A DNA stretch of 64,000 nucleotides. It comes from Phoronis australis. Taxonomy: Eukaryota; Animalia; Phoronida. How positions within the stretch are numbered: the first letter of the stretch is position 1; each line of letters starts with the position of its first letter. Shown here piece by piece: positions 28,769 through 42,500 of the stretch. The notes under the pieces were generated by a model. The model did not search any database. It worked only from the letters and a program-made list of their open reading frames with translations, and was not told the origin of the DNA. Where the stretch lies: assembly GCA_002633005.1 (NCBI GenBank), contig NMRA01000142.1, positions 351,356 to 415,355 on the forward strand, written 5' to 3'. Made by a program: the position numbers and the translations under genes.

Positions 28769-29512
28769 ATGTATTTGCATGCTCCTTGCTATGCTAATGT
28801 ATAGCAGGAACTAAATGAAAACGCTATTTGAAGATCATCTACGCTAAACAAAGTGCAGTTGTATTCATTGAGAACTTGTAAATATGAAAACAAAAATTCT
28901 GCAAACAGGTGACCTTTGCACTAATCATGTACCAGCTTCACATGATGCAATGTTATTCCCAACACCAGGTCACAATACTTAATGGACACGGCTGGGTGAT
29001 TAACGCTGATCATTTTCTGTGGAGATAGTTCATGGTAGTATAGTTGGCTTACCCGGTAAATAGATAGTTGGCTAACGAAGTGGCAAAAAACTTTAAAATA
29101 TAGTCGTTGAGTTTCTACTGACACACAAAGTTTATTAACTCTAACTACAAGATATGTGATGAATAAAAATATCTGTGGGTTGTGGGTGATTTCATCCAAA
29201 TCATAAACTTTATTGAAGTCTGGACAGCTTTCTGACATAATAGGGTTTCTCTATGAGTAGGCACTGGGTCAGTGACCCAGTAAACAAAACCACAGGGATG
29301 TCCAGCATGGTTATACAAAATAAATTGTTTTGCTGGGACAGTTATAGGTAGTAGAAAATGATTAAATTTGCACTTGGTAAATTTCATGAGAATTAGTTCT
29401 TAAAAACGTTTGTCAATTTTCAACGTACTTCATATTCACATCGTGTTGTGTTTCTTACTAATTTGACCAAGCAATCACAGAGATGAGGAATTAGCGTACA
29501 AGGCCCACTTTA
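28769..29512. repeat. Diverged direct repeat, copy B, interrupted by a ~380-bp insertion (~29000-29390)
   Basis: Colinear blocks matching 27230-27648 lie on both sides of the extra segment. Confidence 0.85.
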
Positions 29513-30500
29513 AAACAGTTTCACGTTGATTACAGTTTTTCTTTAATTTGTATTTTGAGGTGATGTAGGTCTTAAAAATGTCCAAACTTGACTAACTCAA
29601 AATATATCTCAGTAATGGCTGTTCGGACTCATTTTATGACTTCGCCAAAATATTGTTTTATAATGTATCACTTTTTCATGATGGGCTTTATAATTTTATA
29701 AAAAATTACAGAAATTGCAATGATAATTTAGAAAACTCACAGGGTTTTGAGAGTTCCTCTTGAATATTCATATCAAACTCTTGAATATTCATATCAAACC
29801 AAATTCGGTCATGTAACTGATGCCGTTGTTTTGAATTTAGTGAATATACCGTTTTTGTTCTTTCTCGTTTGCTGAACTTTACTAAAGAGAAATGATCACA
29901 TGACCCTAAAAAGGGCAAAGTTTTATAAATTCAATAATAAAACTCCACAGGTTTTCTACTTTTAAAAATGCATACTTTTGCCGAGTTAAAGTCTACAGTT
30001 TTGTAGAACAGTGCATTACCATGGCATCTGAAAGGTTCATACAAATCGGTGGTTTCTGGGATAACGTGCCTCAGCATTTGCCACGTTTGGATATTTTTCT
30101 AGTGTGCTACTCCTACATACTCCTACATAACTTAACTTGTGCTTGTCTAGTATTTGTTTTGCAGTGGCCTTAATACATATACAAATACAAATTGTATTAT
30201 CAGCATTTTTTACTTTTTTCTTGGTGAACCTAAATGTATAATTGCATTAAATCGGAACTATCACATGTTTCTTTTTAAAATTAAAATTCTCAAAATGTGT
30301 TCTACAATATCAGCAACTTTTTTATTGAAACTATAAACATTTAGTGTTCATTTTTTTAATGAAAGTAAGAGAACAGTACAAAACAGAACGCTAATGTCTA
30401 GGCTTTATTAAAAGTTGTTTAAGGTTAATTTGAGGTGCATGTTCAGTGTGTCAGGTGAAGAATAGAATAAAAGCTCATAAATTGTGCTGTGTTTTTGCAG

Positions 30501-33500
30501 TTTTCACAAAGTGTTACCTAGGAGACGGTTATTGCACGGCCAGTCTTTGAATGAATGCTTGCCAAGAAATTGTAAGTATGATTTGATTATCTTTTAATAA
30601 GGTTTTTATAATACCAATTATAATTCGTTTGGTTTTATGCCATATGAATACTTAATTCAAAACAGTGTCTTTAATTTGAAATGCTATACAACTTGTTTTG
30701 AAAAAGGTGAAATAGTTGGCGTATTTAATTTATATGATATCCTTTTTCTTCACTTATTTATGAAAGCATAAAGTTTGGAAGTAAATAAAGAATTCTTCTT
30801 AGAATTGAATTAAATAAAGAATTTTTATTATAATTGTAACAACACTTACCTTAGTGAACCTCTCAGCCTCTCAATTCCTGTCAGTGCTTGATATTCTTAT
30901 TTTCCAATTTATATCAGACACAGATTTCCAATATTCAGTGCTCGTTTTGCAACTGCAGCTCTGGCTGTTCCTCAAATTCTCCTTTAAATTGATAAAACTT
31001 AATTTGTTCACGAATGCATAGATTTCTCCGAGAGACTGTGGACATGTTAATGCATGCATGCCTTGTTGAATAGTAGCTACCGTGCCAGACATGTGTTACA
31101 GTTAATGCACAACAAGATAATGGATAATACAGGTTGATAATTTCTTGTTATATTCTTATCGTGGGTTCTGTAACTCCGTTGGTATCTCTTTGGCTGAGAT
31201 AGATGCAGTCTGATCTTTAATACAAGGATAAAAGCTCTTGGTGGTTTATTTGTGCAAGGACTGTCTAGATGCTAAGCTTAGAGGCACTGGAGATAAACTG
31301 TCATGTCTGTGTTTATTTAGTTGTGTCAGAAAGTGATTATTCTTTGTGGAAATGGGTTTTTTGAGGTTATAGTAATTGCTGCTGTCCTTGATTTTTTGTC
31401 TGCACTACTTTTCAGTGAGGAAACTGCGTGAATGAACTATGTTTGAAATACATCCTTTGTTCCTATATCACATTTCAACACATCTCGTCAAAAGTTAGTC
31501 ACTTCTCTGATTGTCACGTCTTTATTTTTTCTCAAAAATGTTGTGTAAATCTTATAGGTTCCTAGATCTTAGGTACACTGTCTCATAAATTTCAAGAAGT
31601 GAGTTGAATTCAAAACTTGTAACTATTACTCACCTCATCAGGCAAATCTTACGCTAACAGGATTTGTATGCAAGTGGACAAGAAAGCGTGCACTGTTTAC
31701 CTCAGCGTTTCCAGGGTATTCATGTGCACATCAGAGGCTTGATGGCACCCTCACATATTGAAGTGAGGTAATCCCTATTTGTGGGCTTGGCAGGGTGTAT
31801 TTATGGAGATAATTGGGGTCGTAAACAACACCCATGATAAGCATACTAGTTTCAAAGTAGAAAAGTAGCAAAAGTAAAGCAAACAACTAACGTGACTTTT
31901 TAAAATTGAAAAATAAATGTTTGCCATCTTTGAATTTTTAAAATCAGTGCATTATAAGAGAGATTAGCGAATAGGATTTCTTCACGCGTGTTAATTTGTT
32001 AATTGATTTGGAGGGGTTAATCAGAGTTTGGTTTAAGCTTGCTTAGGCATTGGGGTGACAAAACCCCAAATGTTAGCGTAGGAGCTCACTCAGTGTAGCT
32101 CACAACATAGTGGAAATGCGACTTCTGTTCTTGAAGAATAGTAATTAAGAAAATTTATCAATTGCGTATTTACAAATTTAATAACATAGTTGGTTCTGGT
32201 CTCTGCTTTTTTCAGATGATGTTTTTAGTTGTCCATATTGTTAAAACGAAAAAGTCACCTGATGCCAGCTGAAATTTTGATAGGATTCTTCTTTTTTCCA
32301 GCATCATATTATGCCAGTTGTATTGGGTCATGACCCTTCTAGTCGTTGGCAGACAAGAACCACTTATGCTATCTTTGGTCTAATTTTGTACCTTTCAGTT
32401 GATGTAAACATCATTTTCAAAATATTCCATTGAACACTGGAAAGTATTTTCTCAGTAGTTTGTGCTTGAAGGTTTGTTTGAGGACTAATAATCTTGACTT
32501 TAATTTGCCTTTAGAAGTTATTGAAGCTTCTAAGCATAACTCAATACAGTCAAAATCTCGTCACAATTTCCCTGTGTGAGATTGACAGTAATTAAAACAG
32601 TTTTAACTGCAATTTTATCGCCTTCCTTTATGTGCCTACCTTGCGAGCACTCAAAAGTTATCGTTTTTTCTTGCAGTCTTACTAAATTCCGATGATGTGG
32701 TCGAAAATTTGAAGTCCCTTATGTTTGATTTTGACACTGATCTGGAGGGGGTAAGTGTGGCATGTTGAATGTATCCCAAAATGTAAATAGCGGAAAATAG
32801 GTGGTAAAATTTCGTTGTTTAGGCCATCCTCTTCAATTTGGTCATTTGGGTTTATAGAACTTGCTTAATGTGACATTTTCATAATTTAAGCTTTCAGTTA
32901 GAAGCTAAATTTTCATATGCAACATGAATGTTAAGCTATATTCGTGTGAAATAGTTGTATTTGTTTTAAGGTTATGGAAACTGTTACAAAATTGTCGGAC
33001 ACTAATTTGTTATCTGTTGTCCATGATTATATTGTTTGTTTTTGTCATTAAAATCAAAACAACCATTCACTGAAAAATCTACGTTCTCATGTCTAATTAT
33101 GGCTATGCCAAATGCTCCATAAGTTGAGTGTTAAAACTTAGTGGTTCCTAAGTGATGTTAATGTGGTCATATTTAAAGAGAAGCAAAGTTTCATAGCTGA
33201 TGTCTCTTTGACATTTCATGGGTTTTTCAAGACTGGCCTCTGTAGATCACAGGTGGGATATTTGCATTTTAGGTAGTTGTTTATCTTCTTTATAAGGGTC
33301 ACATTTCTTCAAATACAATTTTTAAGTGCAAAAAAATTTAAGTTCTTGGTTCTCATGTAACTACAGCCTCTCTTTACATCTTGTTCACAATATGTTTTTC
33401 TGATCAAAGATTCTAAAAGCAGATGGTTCTGTGGGTTGAAATTTAGAACTTAGCATGATATTTGGAGAAACAAGACTCTTGGTAATGAAGTTCAGCAGTT

Positions 33501-36500
33501 ACCCACTTAGTGTTGGGACATCACCTTAGTTAAGACTGCACAATTTTCGATTTACATTATTTCAGAAATCAAAACTATGGTTACGTGCCAGCAGTTCTGG
33601 ACACAGTGATGGCGGACAAGTGAAATATTATTCTATTTTTGTCCATAAAATATAAGCGGCACCAAATTAACAATTTCCCCGAGTTCAAGCTCTTTTCCAT
33701 GGCTACCAGTAGACCGTAATTTTGAAAAAATGTGGACATTCATAACAACAAATGGAAGCCCTTGAAAAATGAACAATGCAATTTTGGCAATTATTTTTGT
33801 CTGAAATATGCGAGATTTTATGGTATGTGATTATTCTTCATCAGTTGCATAACTCGTATTGATTTATGTAAGAAGTTCTTAGTTTTTTATAAATTTAGGG
33901 CTCTGTGGCAGGCTGCATCAACAGTCCCAAATAGGGACTCCACTGAGTTTCCTAAATCTTTCGCGTATTTGTTTTGTTCTTTATTCACAGATGTAATATT
34001 TTTCAATTATTTCATCTTTATTACGAGCTCCTCTTTAACTAGTGACATTTTCTAATAATATTACTAGAAACTGAGCCCTTGACTGAATCTAAATAATTAA
34101 AAACTTAGTCCTTAAACTGGGGGCGTTGCATGAAAAGATTCCTATATTGAGACTTCAACGCACAGTTCACTGCTTGATTTGCATAAAAGCCAAACATTGG
34201 CTTAGTAATGATACTCAAACAGCATAAAAAGGACAATCAGTGTTGTCACAAGTCCACAAATCCGCAGGGAACTTAGAGGAATCCCTGTTTGGAACTGTTT
34301 CATGGTACCTGTTGATTGTGTAATTGAGAATGGACTGCCCTTGATCACAAGAGATTCTTTGTCATAACCTCTTATGCTTTGTTCCAGGGCGCAAGGGAAC
34401 TACCAGAATCTTTCTTCCCCCTGTTGCAATTATTGTTGGAAAATCACAAGTAATTATTACTTTTGATAGTTTTATAACATAATATAAGATTTTGTTGTTA
34501 ATGTTCAAAAACAGACTCTCTTTGTTCTGTACGCATCGCATACAAATGAGGATATAGAATAGAATGTAAAGTGTACAATGATGATAAGCAGAGATATTGT
34601 CATGAGCCATGAAGATGTCTAGTAATGGATCGAGGGCCTGTTTCACTGTTGGGTGACCTTTTTCAGTCGTATTCCTGATTTACACACCCAGTGGCAAGTG
34701 TTTAGTTATGTCTTCTTTCTGAGATTTAAACCAAAGTTAGGTGAGACCTTGATTTTGGAAAATTACCAGCTTTTGTTTTGAGTGAAACGCTGACAAATTT
34801 AAGTTATGGCTCAAGTTAAAAAAAAAGGTTTTAGAAGTTATGATATTTTAGTGAAACAGGTCTCTGAATATTGATAAGCTCATGATTCAACTTTGCTCAC
34901 AGTTTCCAATAACTTTTGCTGTAATTTGAAACTAATTTAATTCATTTTTTAAAGCAGTTGTTAACAACACAGAAGCCAGGTCTCTGCCAGACACGAAATT
35001 CAAGTCTTAGTCACTTAAAGTAGAAATTGCAGGCTTACTACTTATCTCTGTAATTCCTTGGCTAAATTAGAAACAAAGTTAGCAACAAAGATGTGAGTTT
35101 GAAGTAGCTTGAACATTGCTGAATGTTTTTAAGTACGAGTTTTGTAGCAAAAATTTAGGGGAAAATCGCTAATTTTCTCTCAGTGCAGTGGCTGCTTCTG
35201 GGGTTATGTGTCTCGAAAATTGCGTCACCCTTTGTTGGTGTACTTGGTCAGCAAGAATCCCTCCCTGAATAGGTCCCGGGAGTGTCTAGGAAACCAAGGG
35301 AGCGTTGCGCAATTTTTGTAGTCATTATTACCCTGTAGAAAGAGCCAGACAGCTCCATTACCCTGGGAGAAACTTTTTATAAATTTGAGAAGTTTTAAAT
35401 TAAAATCAGCAAATTTGTAGCTTGGATTTTGTTCTGTTTTATAATTAAAGAGTTCCGCTTGCACTATAGGAAAATGAAATATGGAAGTATTCTCAATTAC
35501 TACTGCCCTTACCAAAACAGTAAAGCACGGCGTTCATTGCAAGCACAACCAATGAAATCCCTTATCCAGAAATACTGCAGTCACCAACAGGTATGTTAGC
35601 CATAATTTTTTCTGGTCTTGGTTTACTTCTTTGTGTGTTAGCAGGATCGCACAATTTATAAATTGTTTTGAATGGATTTCTTTGACATTTGTGTGAGAGG
35701 TCAGAGATTTTGGTTGTGTCAGTTGGCCTTGCGAAGGAAAAACAGCAAAAGAGATGTCTTTCAATGACACACAAAGATATGATAACACCATTTGATGCAA
35801 ATGATTTAGAAGTGCAGCTGCAGATATTGGATAGATTATGCTGATTTGGTAAATTGTTAACTTCTGGGAGTGCATGTTGCTACATTGATAAGTGGAACGA
35901 TAAGTAGAGCTTTTTACCAAATTGTGTGTAAAGGTTACGCAGTCAGCCAGCAAACATTTGAGGTTCTCGGGTGATAGATATAAAATCATCTTGTGCTGGC
36001 GTAGTTCAAAACTGAAGCAGGGAAATTCCTGTGTATTATTTCATGTTTATTTTATTTGTGTAGCTTGAACTTGTCTATTTGATTTGCAGGTGTTTCTTTT
36101 CGTAAGAAAATGCGTCTACAGTGTTGTACCTCTTGACCTATTTGGATCAAAGAGAAACAGAACAGTCTTCTTAAAGCGTATCCTTGACAAAAACACAAAA
36201 AGCAGACGTCATTTCAGAAAAAAGGTGGCTATGAATCAATTGACCCGCATGGCCTTGCATCTATGGGTTAATTGTTTAGGACCAATGGGGCATGTTAGTC
36301 AAATGTCTGCCCTTTTTCGATTCAAATTTTGGACGGTGACATTCAAATATACGTGATTTCATCTGCTATCTCAATATAAGTTATCCGATTAGTGATTGGT
36401 CGGAATAGCTAAATGCATTTCAATTTTAACCAAGTTGTCAGATGTGTATTTTCATAATCGCTAAAATTGTTGTTTTCGCCAGCTGCTCTGCATTGAGGTT

Positions 36501-39500
36501 GTATTAGGTTCTGAAAGCAATGCATGCTATTCAAGACAAAATGAGGCAAAACTGTGACAGTTTTAGTGCACCCAGGGGCCTGAGGCGGGGGAGGGGGGTG
36601 CCCCCAAAATTATCCCTGAAAATTCATTGATTACTATTCATATTGCCCTTCAGTTTATAGTTGAGTTCAAGTATTGCCTTTCCTTGATGTGCTCAGGTAC
36701 CAGAGAATTTATTTCTCTCGGTCTTCATGAGAGCTTCACACTTGGCCGATTGATGACCAAAGTTAAGGTAAGAAATTTTGTGCCCCACTCCTCGGTATTT
36801 GTGAACTCATCGAATTATTGGTTGAATTGTTTTAGGTATTTGTAATGTCCAGTTGTTATTTTTTTTTGTTTAATCAGACAAGATAAAGCTCAAAATATTT
36901 AAAGTTATCGCTAAAAGTGTTTAGTGGCCAAAAATGCATAGTTTGTTCTCGCCTGTACTCGACTCAGAAAAAAGCACCAACTCAAGCCTTAGAACTTCTT
37001 ATTGAAAAGCACCACAAAGGCACTGAAATTCATGAGATTTGTATACCTCAATCACACAGAGTTACTTCTGAAAGTCAGGCAGCAGCTCTGTTTTGTTGCA
37101 TTATTTCCAAACTCTGGTATTAAGTCAGGCAGTTTAATGCAATGTTTTGTTTACAGGTCTCTGATTGTCATTGGTTGAGAAAGTGTTCCCATGGAAACTG
37201 CGCTTTGGCTGTGTTTCTGTGGTGGTTGTTAACAACATTTGTATCAACACTTCTGAAGGTAATATTCTGTCAAGACCATAAACAAAATTTAAATGCGTCC
37301 ATATTTCACTATTTGGATTAATGAAATGTTTTATTTCAAATTTCCAGGTAAGCCAATTTCTGCGCCTGCCTCAGTCCTTTCCACGTAGACTGTTTATCAT
37401 AATTTTTTATTTCCATTAATTATATGCTCAGCACGAAAACAAATCTATAGTTTTATAATTTAGACACATGTAAATAAAATTTAAAGTGAGTCGTTTTACT
37501 TCATTGTGATCCTGCAGTCATATTTCCACCTGACGGTATCATGTGTCTACCACAACCTGGTGTTTTACTATCGAAAGACCGTCTGGAGGCAGATGGTGCT
37601 CATTGCAACCAAAGGTATGACTATCGTTGGCTGTTATTTTATTGTTAAACTGATGGTAAAAACTGAGTTGATGAGAAAATGTGGATGATGGCAAAGCATA
37701 GTTGTTATGAAACAATAGAAGTCATGTGACAATATTAGACTTATCTCATTGGACACCAACAATATGATGAGTAGTGTCTACATATAATTCAGTTTCGTTT
37801 CACTAAAAATTATATTCAGTGCTCCTTCGTCTGTAAAATTACTTTCAAAGGTACATTTTGTAACCTATAATAACAATTTTAAATTTACAATGGAATTCCG
37901 AAATCTTGCCCATAAGAATGTTTTAATTGCTGTATCATGCACTTTTAAAGTTCAATACCATCGTTATCTGTAAATGGCTTCAAAGGCAAAAATTTCATTT
38001 TTTGGAATGTTTTTCTTGATTTATTACTCTATTTTATATGAATTTATTTACTAAATTTGCATTAAATCATGTTTGTTTAACTTGACTTAATTGGAATTTT
38101 GTGACAAGTTGTTTTCTGTTTATCGTGTGTTTATATTTCGGTAAAATCTTTGTTTGTACTCGGTATATTTTATGGAGTATATTGTTCTTCCAGATTTATT
38201 AAAAACAAAGATGTTCAAACAAATATCCCAAGTAAGTTATTTTTCAAATTTACGTACAAATTATTTACCTTTTCGATCAATTAAGCCAAAACTGCAGGAT
38301 CTCCTTGGTTATCAACTACCCAGGACGTTCGCAGTGTTTTGTTTTCTGGTGAAATATGTTCCATTAGCAGAGCATACCCTAAGTGGTTTTCAACAGTGTT
38401 ATGACTGGTGTAAACACTTAATGAAAGAACATGTAGTAACCATTGTGCTTTTTCTGTAACAGTGCTTCCCTCTTTTGGAGTTGAAGGATAAATTGTGATT
38501 TGAAAAAGAAGCCTGAAGGTTTTGAAATGTCAGGCACGTCGCTTTCATTGGGACAGGAGAGCTGTGCATTAACCCATTGTCTGATTAATTTGTGTCCGCA
38601 ATGTTTCCCAGTGGACATCAGTGAAATTTTGATGTTTATGAATCATTGAAAGTGAAGAATCTTGTGAGTCTTCTTCTATTAATTTGATCTGTATTGATAT
38701 TTTGAGTCATAATAATCACAACTTACTTTCTACAGGTTGAGGCCTCTAAAGCAATAAACAGCAAGATATCTCTTGGCCTGGCCAAACTGAGGTTCACTCC
38801 CAAACAGAAGTCTCTACGACCAATTGTTTCCTATCGCCACATTTTTCCTGGACAGTCTGTAAGCTACTTCATTTATTTTAATTTTTGTTGTTTCCTACTT
38901 CAAATACAAATCCCGTATCACATACAGTTATCTTGAACAATTTGCTCTTACTCGAGTTGGATTTTTGCTTAACTCAGTCGGCTCTTCTGGTAACTTAAAA
39001 GTCAGATTTCATGTTAGTTGGATCTGACTTATGTGTGTGCTACAATATGCGTGTATTTAGACCCATGGATCTGTATGATTGCGTATTAATGTGTTTTTTT
39101 CAAAGAAAAAATTGCTCAGATTTTTTCATATGCAGGCACACACCTAAGCTTCACGAGTAGACAAAGACGGCCCTCCTTTGTGTATGTTGTGTAAAATGAC
39201 TTTTGTTGCGACTCCATCAATTCGTCACTATGTCTTAAGCGGGTTATTAATGTGCGCTTCTCCATTCCTAGTATTTTTATTTAATAGTTAGTGTTAGATT
39301 GGTTACATGACAACGTCTACCATTTTGCAATGGATAAGTCAAGTTTCACTGGTGAATAACATTTAACAGCTTAGCTCCTTCATTTAATAGTGTTTCATTA
39401 CACAGATGCTTACATGTAATTCTGAATTAAAGCTGCAGCTTCACATTCTGGGCTCCACTATTCAGAATTCAAAGTGGGTGGGGTATTAAAACAGATATCT

Positions 39501-42500
39501 ACTTAGCCAGCACTATAAACCCTAAGATGTGTTTAGTTACACAGTGCAACTGTCACATTTGTGTGACTAAGACCTGCTTTCACTGACCTTGCTTGTCAAT
39601 TTCAAAAGGCCTGTTGTATGTGAAAGACACCCATTATTTACTAAAAGTTGTATGCTACTATATGGACTAGTTACCCGATCCAAGCCCAAAATGACATATA
39701 GGCGAATGGGTCGGAGTACGCGCATGCACGGTATAAATTAGGCTAAGTTCAGGCTTCACTTAAATTCTTCTTGCAACCTTATTTCGATTTCTATTTTGTT
39801 GCCTTATTTGTCTCTAGTTTGAACATGAATTACCAGCATCTGTATTGATTTTCTTTTTGTCTTGAGGTTTGTGTGAACACAAAACTGAGGAACCTGTTCC
39901 ATGCTTTGAAATTCAAAAAGGTAAGAACTGCTATCAGTTTACAGCTTACTACAGGATATGGTTTCTTGTAAAAGTGAATTGTACTGAACAGTAGTGTAGA
40001 CTTTGCTTGTACTCGTTCACATGACGACCGCGCCATGAATACTTGCTCGTCTGCACAGGAGCACAGAAAACGGGTCTGCTAGCTTGGAGAGGAATAAAGA
40101 AGTTTTATTACTTTATTCCTTTATTTCAATCTGAGTGGCTAGTGCAAAGGCCACTTATAGCCCACGAATAGTTTCTGGATGTTTGTTATCCAAGTTTGCT
40201 TCATGAATATTTGCTACCTGTGAACCTTCAATGTGTCCTTCAATCCAACACAACCCAGAAATCAAATGAATGCGGTACTGCAGTCTAATTAAAAATGCTG
40301 AAAAATTTGCTGGATAGCGGAACAAAAACAAAAAAATTAATTTCCAACATTATTTTTTGGTAATATTTGGATGATGTTGGTACACAAGTGATAGTTTTTC
40401 TCATTTATGATGTCTGCTGTCACAGTGTTAAATTTTATGCTTTGTATACTAAATGGTAACAGTTTGTCTTTCAAATGTGTACATGACATGAAATTGCCAT
40501 TTACATTGAATACCCACCTGGACCGACTCATTATCCAGCCAGTCCAGTCACCTCATTTCCACATCTTGCATTGCTTGTATCACAAGTCTATTCAGGTGAA
40601 GATAACTGAGCCCAGTCTGCTTTCCTTATCAGTCGCGGAGCTGAAGTCGGTGTAATAATTTTGACAAAATTCAGTGAAAACCCAGTTACAGTGAACTGAT
40701 TTTTATGATTGGTACACCAACTTTGGTTACTTTTTTATGTTTTACATGTTTGTGGAATCGTTAATTCTTGAAAATGTGTAGTTTTTTAAAAAGCAGTTTT
40801 ATATTTTGATAGGCAGGGCTGTTTATTACATTTTATGACCATGCTCGCAACGTTCGATTAATTGTGTTCGTGCATGGAAATACATTTTCAAAGAATATCG
40901 CTGACTGAAATTAAGTTCAGGCGCTTCCGGCTTAGCGCTGCTCATATAGTGGCCGGGTTATCTGGACCTTTTCAGTACGTTCATTTGGTTGATGTAAAAG
41001 TCAGTGTACTTGCATTGAGAAATTCATGTAATGAGTCTTAATTTCACACAGGATGCATTACAGACAGTCTTTTAAAGATCCATTGCGTTCGAGTTGGCTT
41101 AATGAATTAAACTCCAATCACAAGGTTTTATTTCGGCAACTTGAGCAGTATGAACTTAAGACTGTCTGCAATGCACGATGTCAGATTTTCAACATTACAT
41201 GGACATGTAAGCTTCGGTCTCTATAATGTTGTAGTGTGTTTTATAGTCCATGAAGATTGTAGCTCTCTGTCCCTGTGGCAGCAGTAATTATATAACCTTG
41301 TTTTTTAAGTCATATCTATTTTCAATTATTTTCAGAAAGCCATGCCTGGCCTATGTGGCTATGGAATAGAAAATGTAGACCAAGTATATCCAGTTTGGAG
41401 AGACTTTGTGAGGAAGCTTAAAGAAAGAAATGACAGAAGGTACCATGAATGTATCAATGATTTTGCTGATGGACTTTTATCATGCTTCTGTCCCTGTTTT
41501 GCACTAGTGGCATGGGTTTTTTATTGTGTCTCCTGAGGGGTTAAACCCCCTTTAAATTTCAGTTGATTCACCGTGACTGTTTTATTTTTCCGTGATGTTT
41601 GAACTGTCATTCATAATTTTTTGTGTAAAATTATACATCGTAATTCATGGACTGTTAAAACCGGTGTATTCAGCTGCTGATTATTTTACGTTAGTATCAT
41701 GAAAGATCAGGTCCAGCATAGATTTAGAGAGGAGTCTGAATCCATCATTTCTATGTTTTTGAAAAAGGAGAGAATGGAATGTGTATTATATAAACATATC
41801 TTACTTGTAGCTATCTATGTAAGGCTGCTGTCCATTATTTCCAGGCCTCTGTACTTTGTTACTGCAGACTTTGAAGGCTGCTACGACAATATAATTCCTG
41901 ATAAAATGCAGCAGATCATTTCCAGTCTAATGCCTGAGAAGGTTGGTAAATTTTGTTGTTTCTACCGACTTTGAATTTAGTACTTGTTGTGTGATACTGA
42001 TGAGGGATTTGTAGTCAAACCAATCACAACTATAGCTTGGATTGCGAAATAAAACCTGGAAAATAAGCTTTCTTTTAGCAGTAAAAATTTGATATTTCTT
42101 TGGTTATATCTTTTCCTGAGTAGCTCACTTTGGCTAAGTTATTACAACAGTTATAGAGAGCATGCTGCCACAGCATCAAAAAGTTTTTTGAATTTTTGTC
42201 TGTAGCTTTGTGTTTCACGAGAATCTCACAACAATGCGTAGAGCTTTACTTTCTAGTTAGTTAGTGGCTATTATGACTTTTTGACGGCAACTATGTTTAG
42301 TTGTCAAACCACTTTGCTGACGTTCGTGAAATTCATCAGCTGTTAATTTGCAGATAGTGACAGACAGGCAGAGGATTTTTTTCAATTTAGAGCACAATAT
42401 GGTGGTACAGTGAAATTTCGTTTATGAAAATTACAAAGTTAAGAGGATGTAAACTTTAGTTTGTTAATTACACAGTTTTTATATTGTACAGCTGTCATCA

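Noticed and set aside
29757-29798. 21-bp direct duplication ctcttgaatattcatatcaaa x2
   Set aside because: Simple local slippage in non-coding DNA; nothing further to support
34667-34712. DLHTQWQVFSYV resembling the WQV entry to the QFP motif
   Set aside because: Exon 35451-35590 supplies the CP motif and KYCSHQQ with a strong GTATGT donor in the correct phase
35534-35989. 151-aa minus-strand ORF (likewise the 156-aa ORF at 49681-50151)
   Set aside because: Antisense to TERT, almost wholly intronic, with no recognisable motif or coding-like composition
39515-39526. aaccctaa as a telomerase RNA template or telomeric seed inside TERT
   Set aside because: A single 8-mer is expected by chance in 64 kb; no TTAGGG array or supporting structure seen
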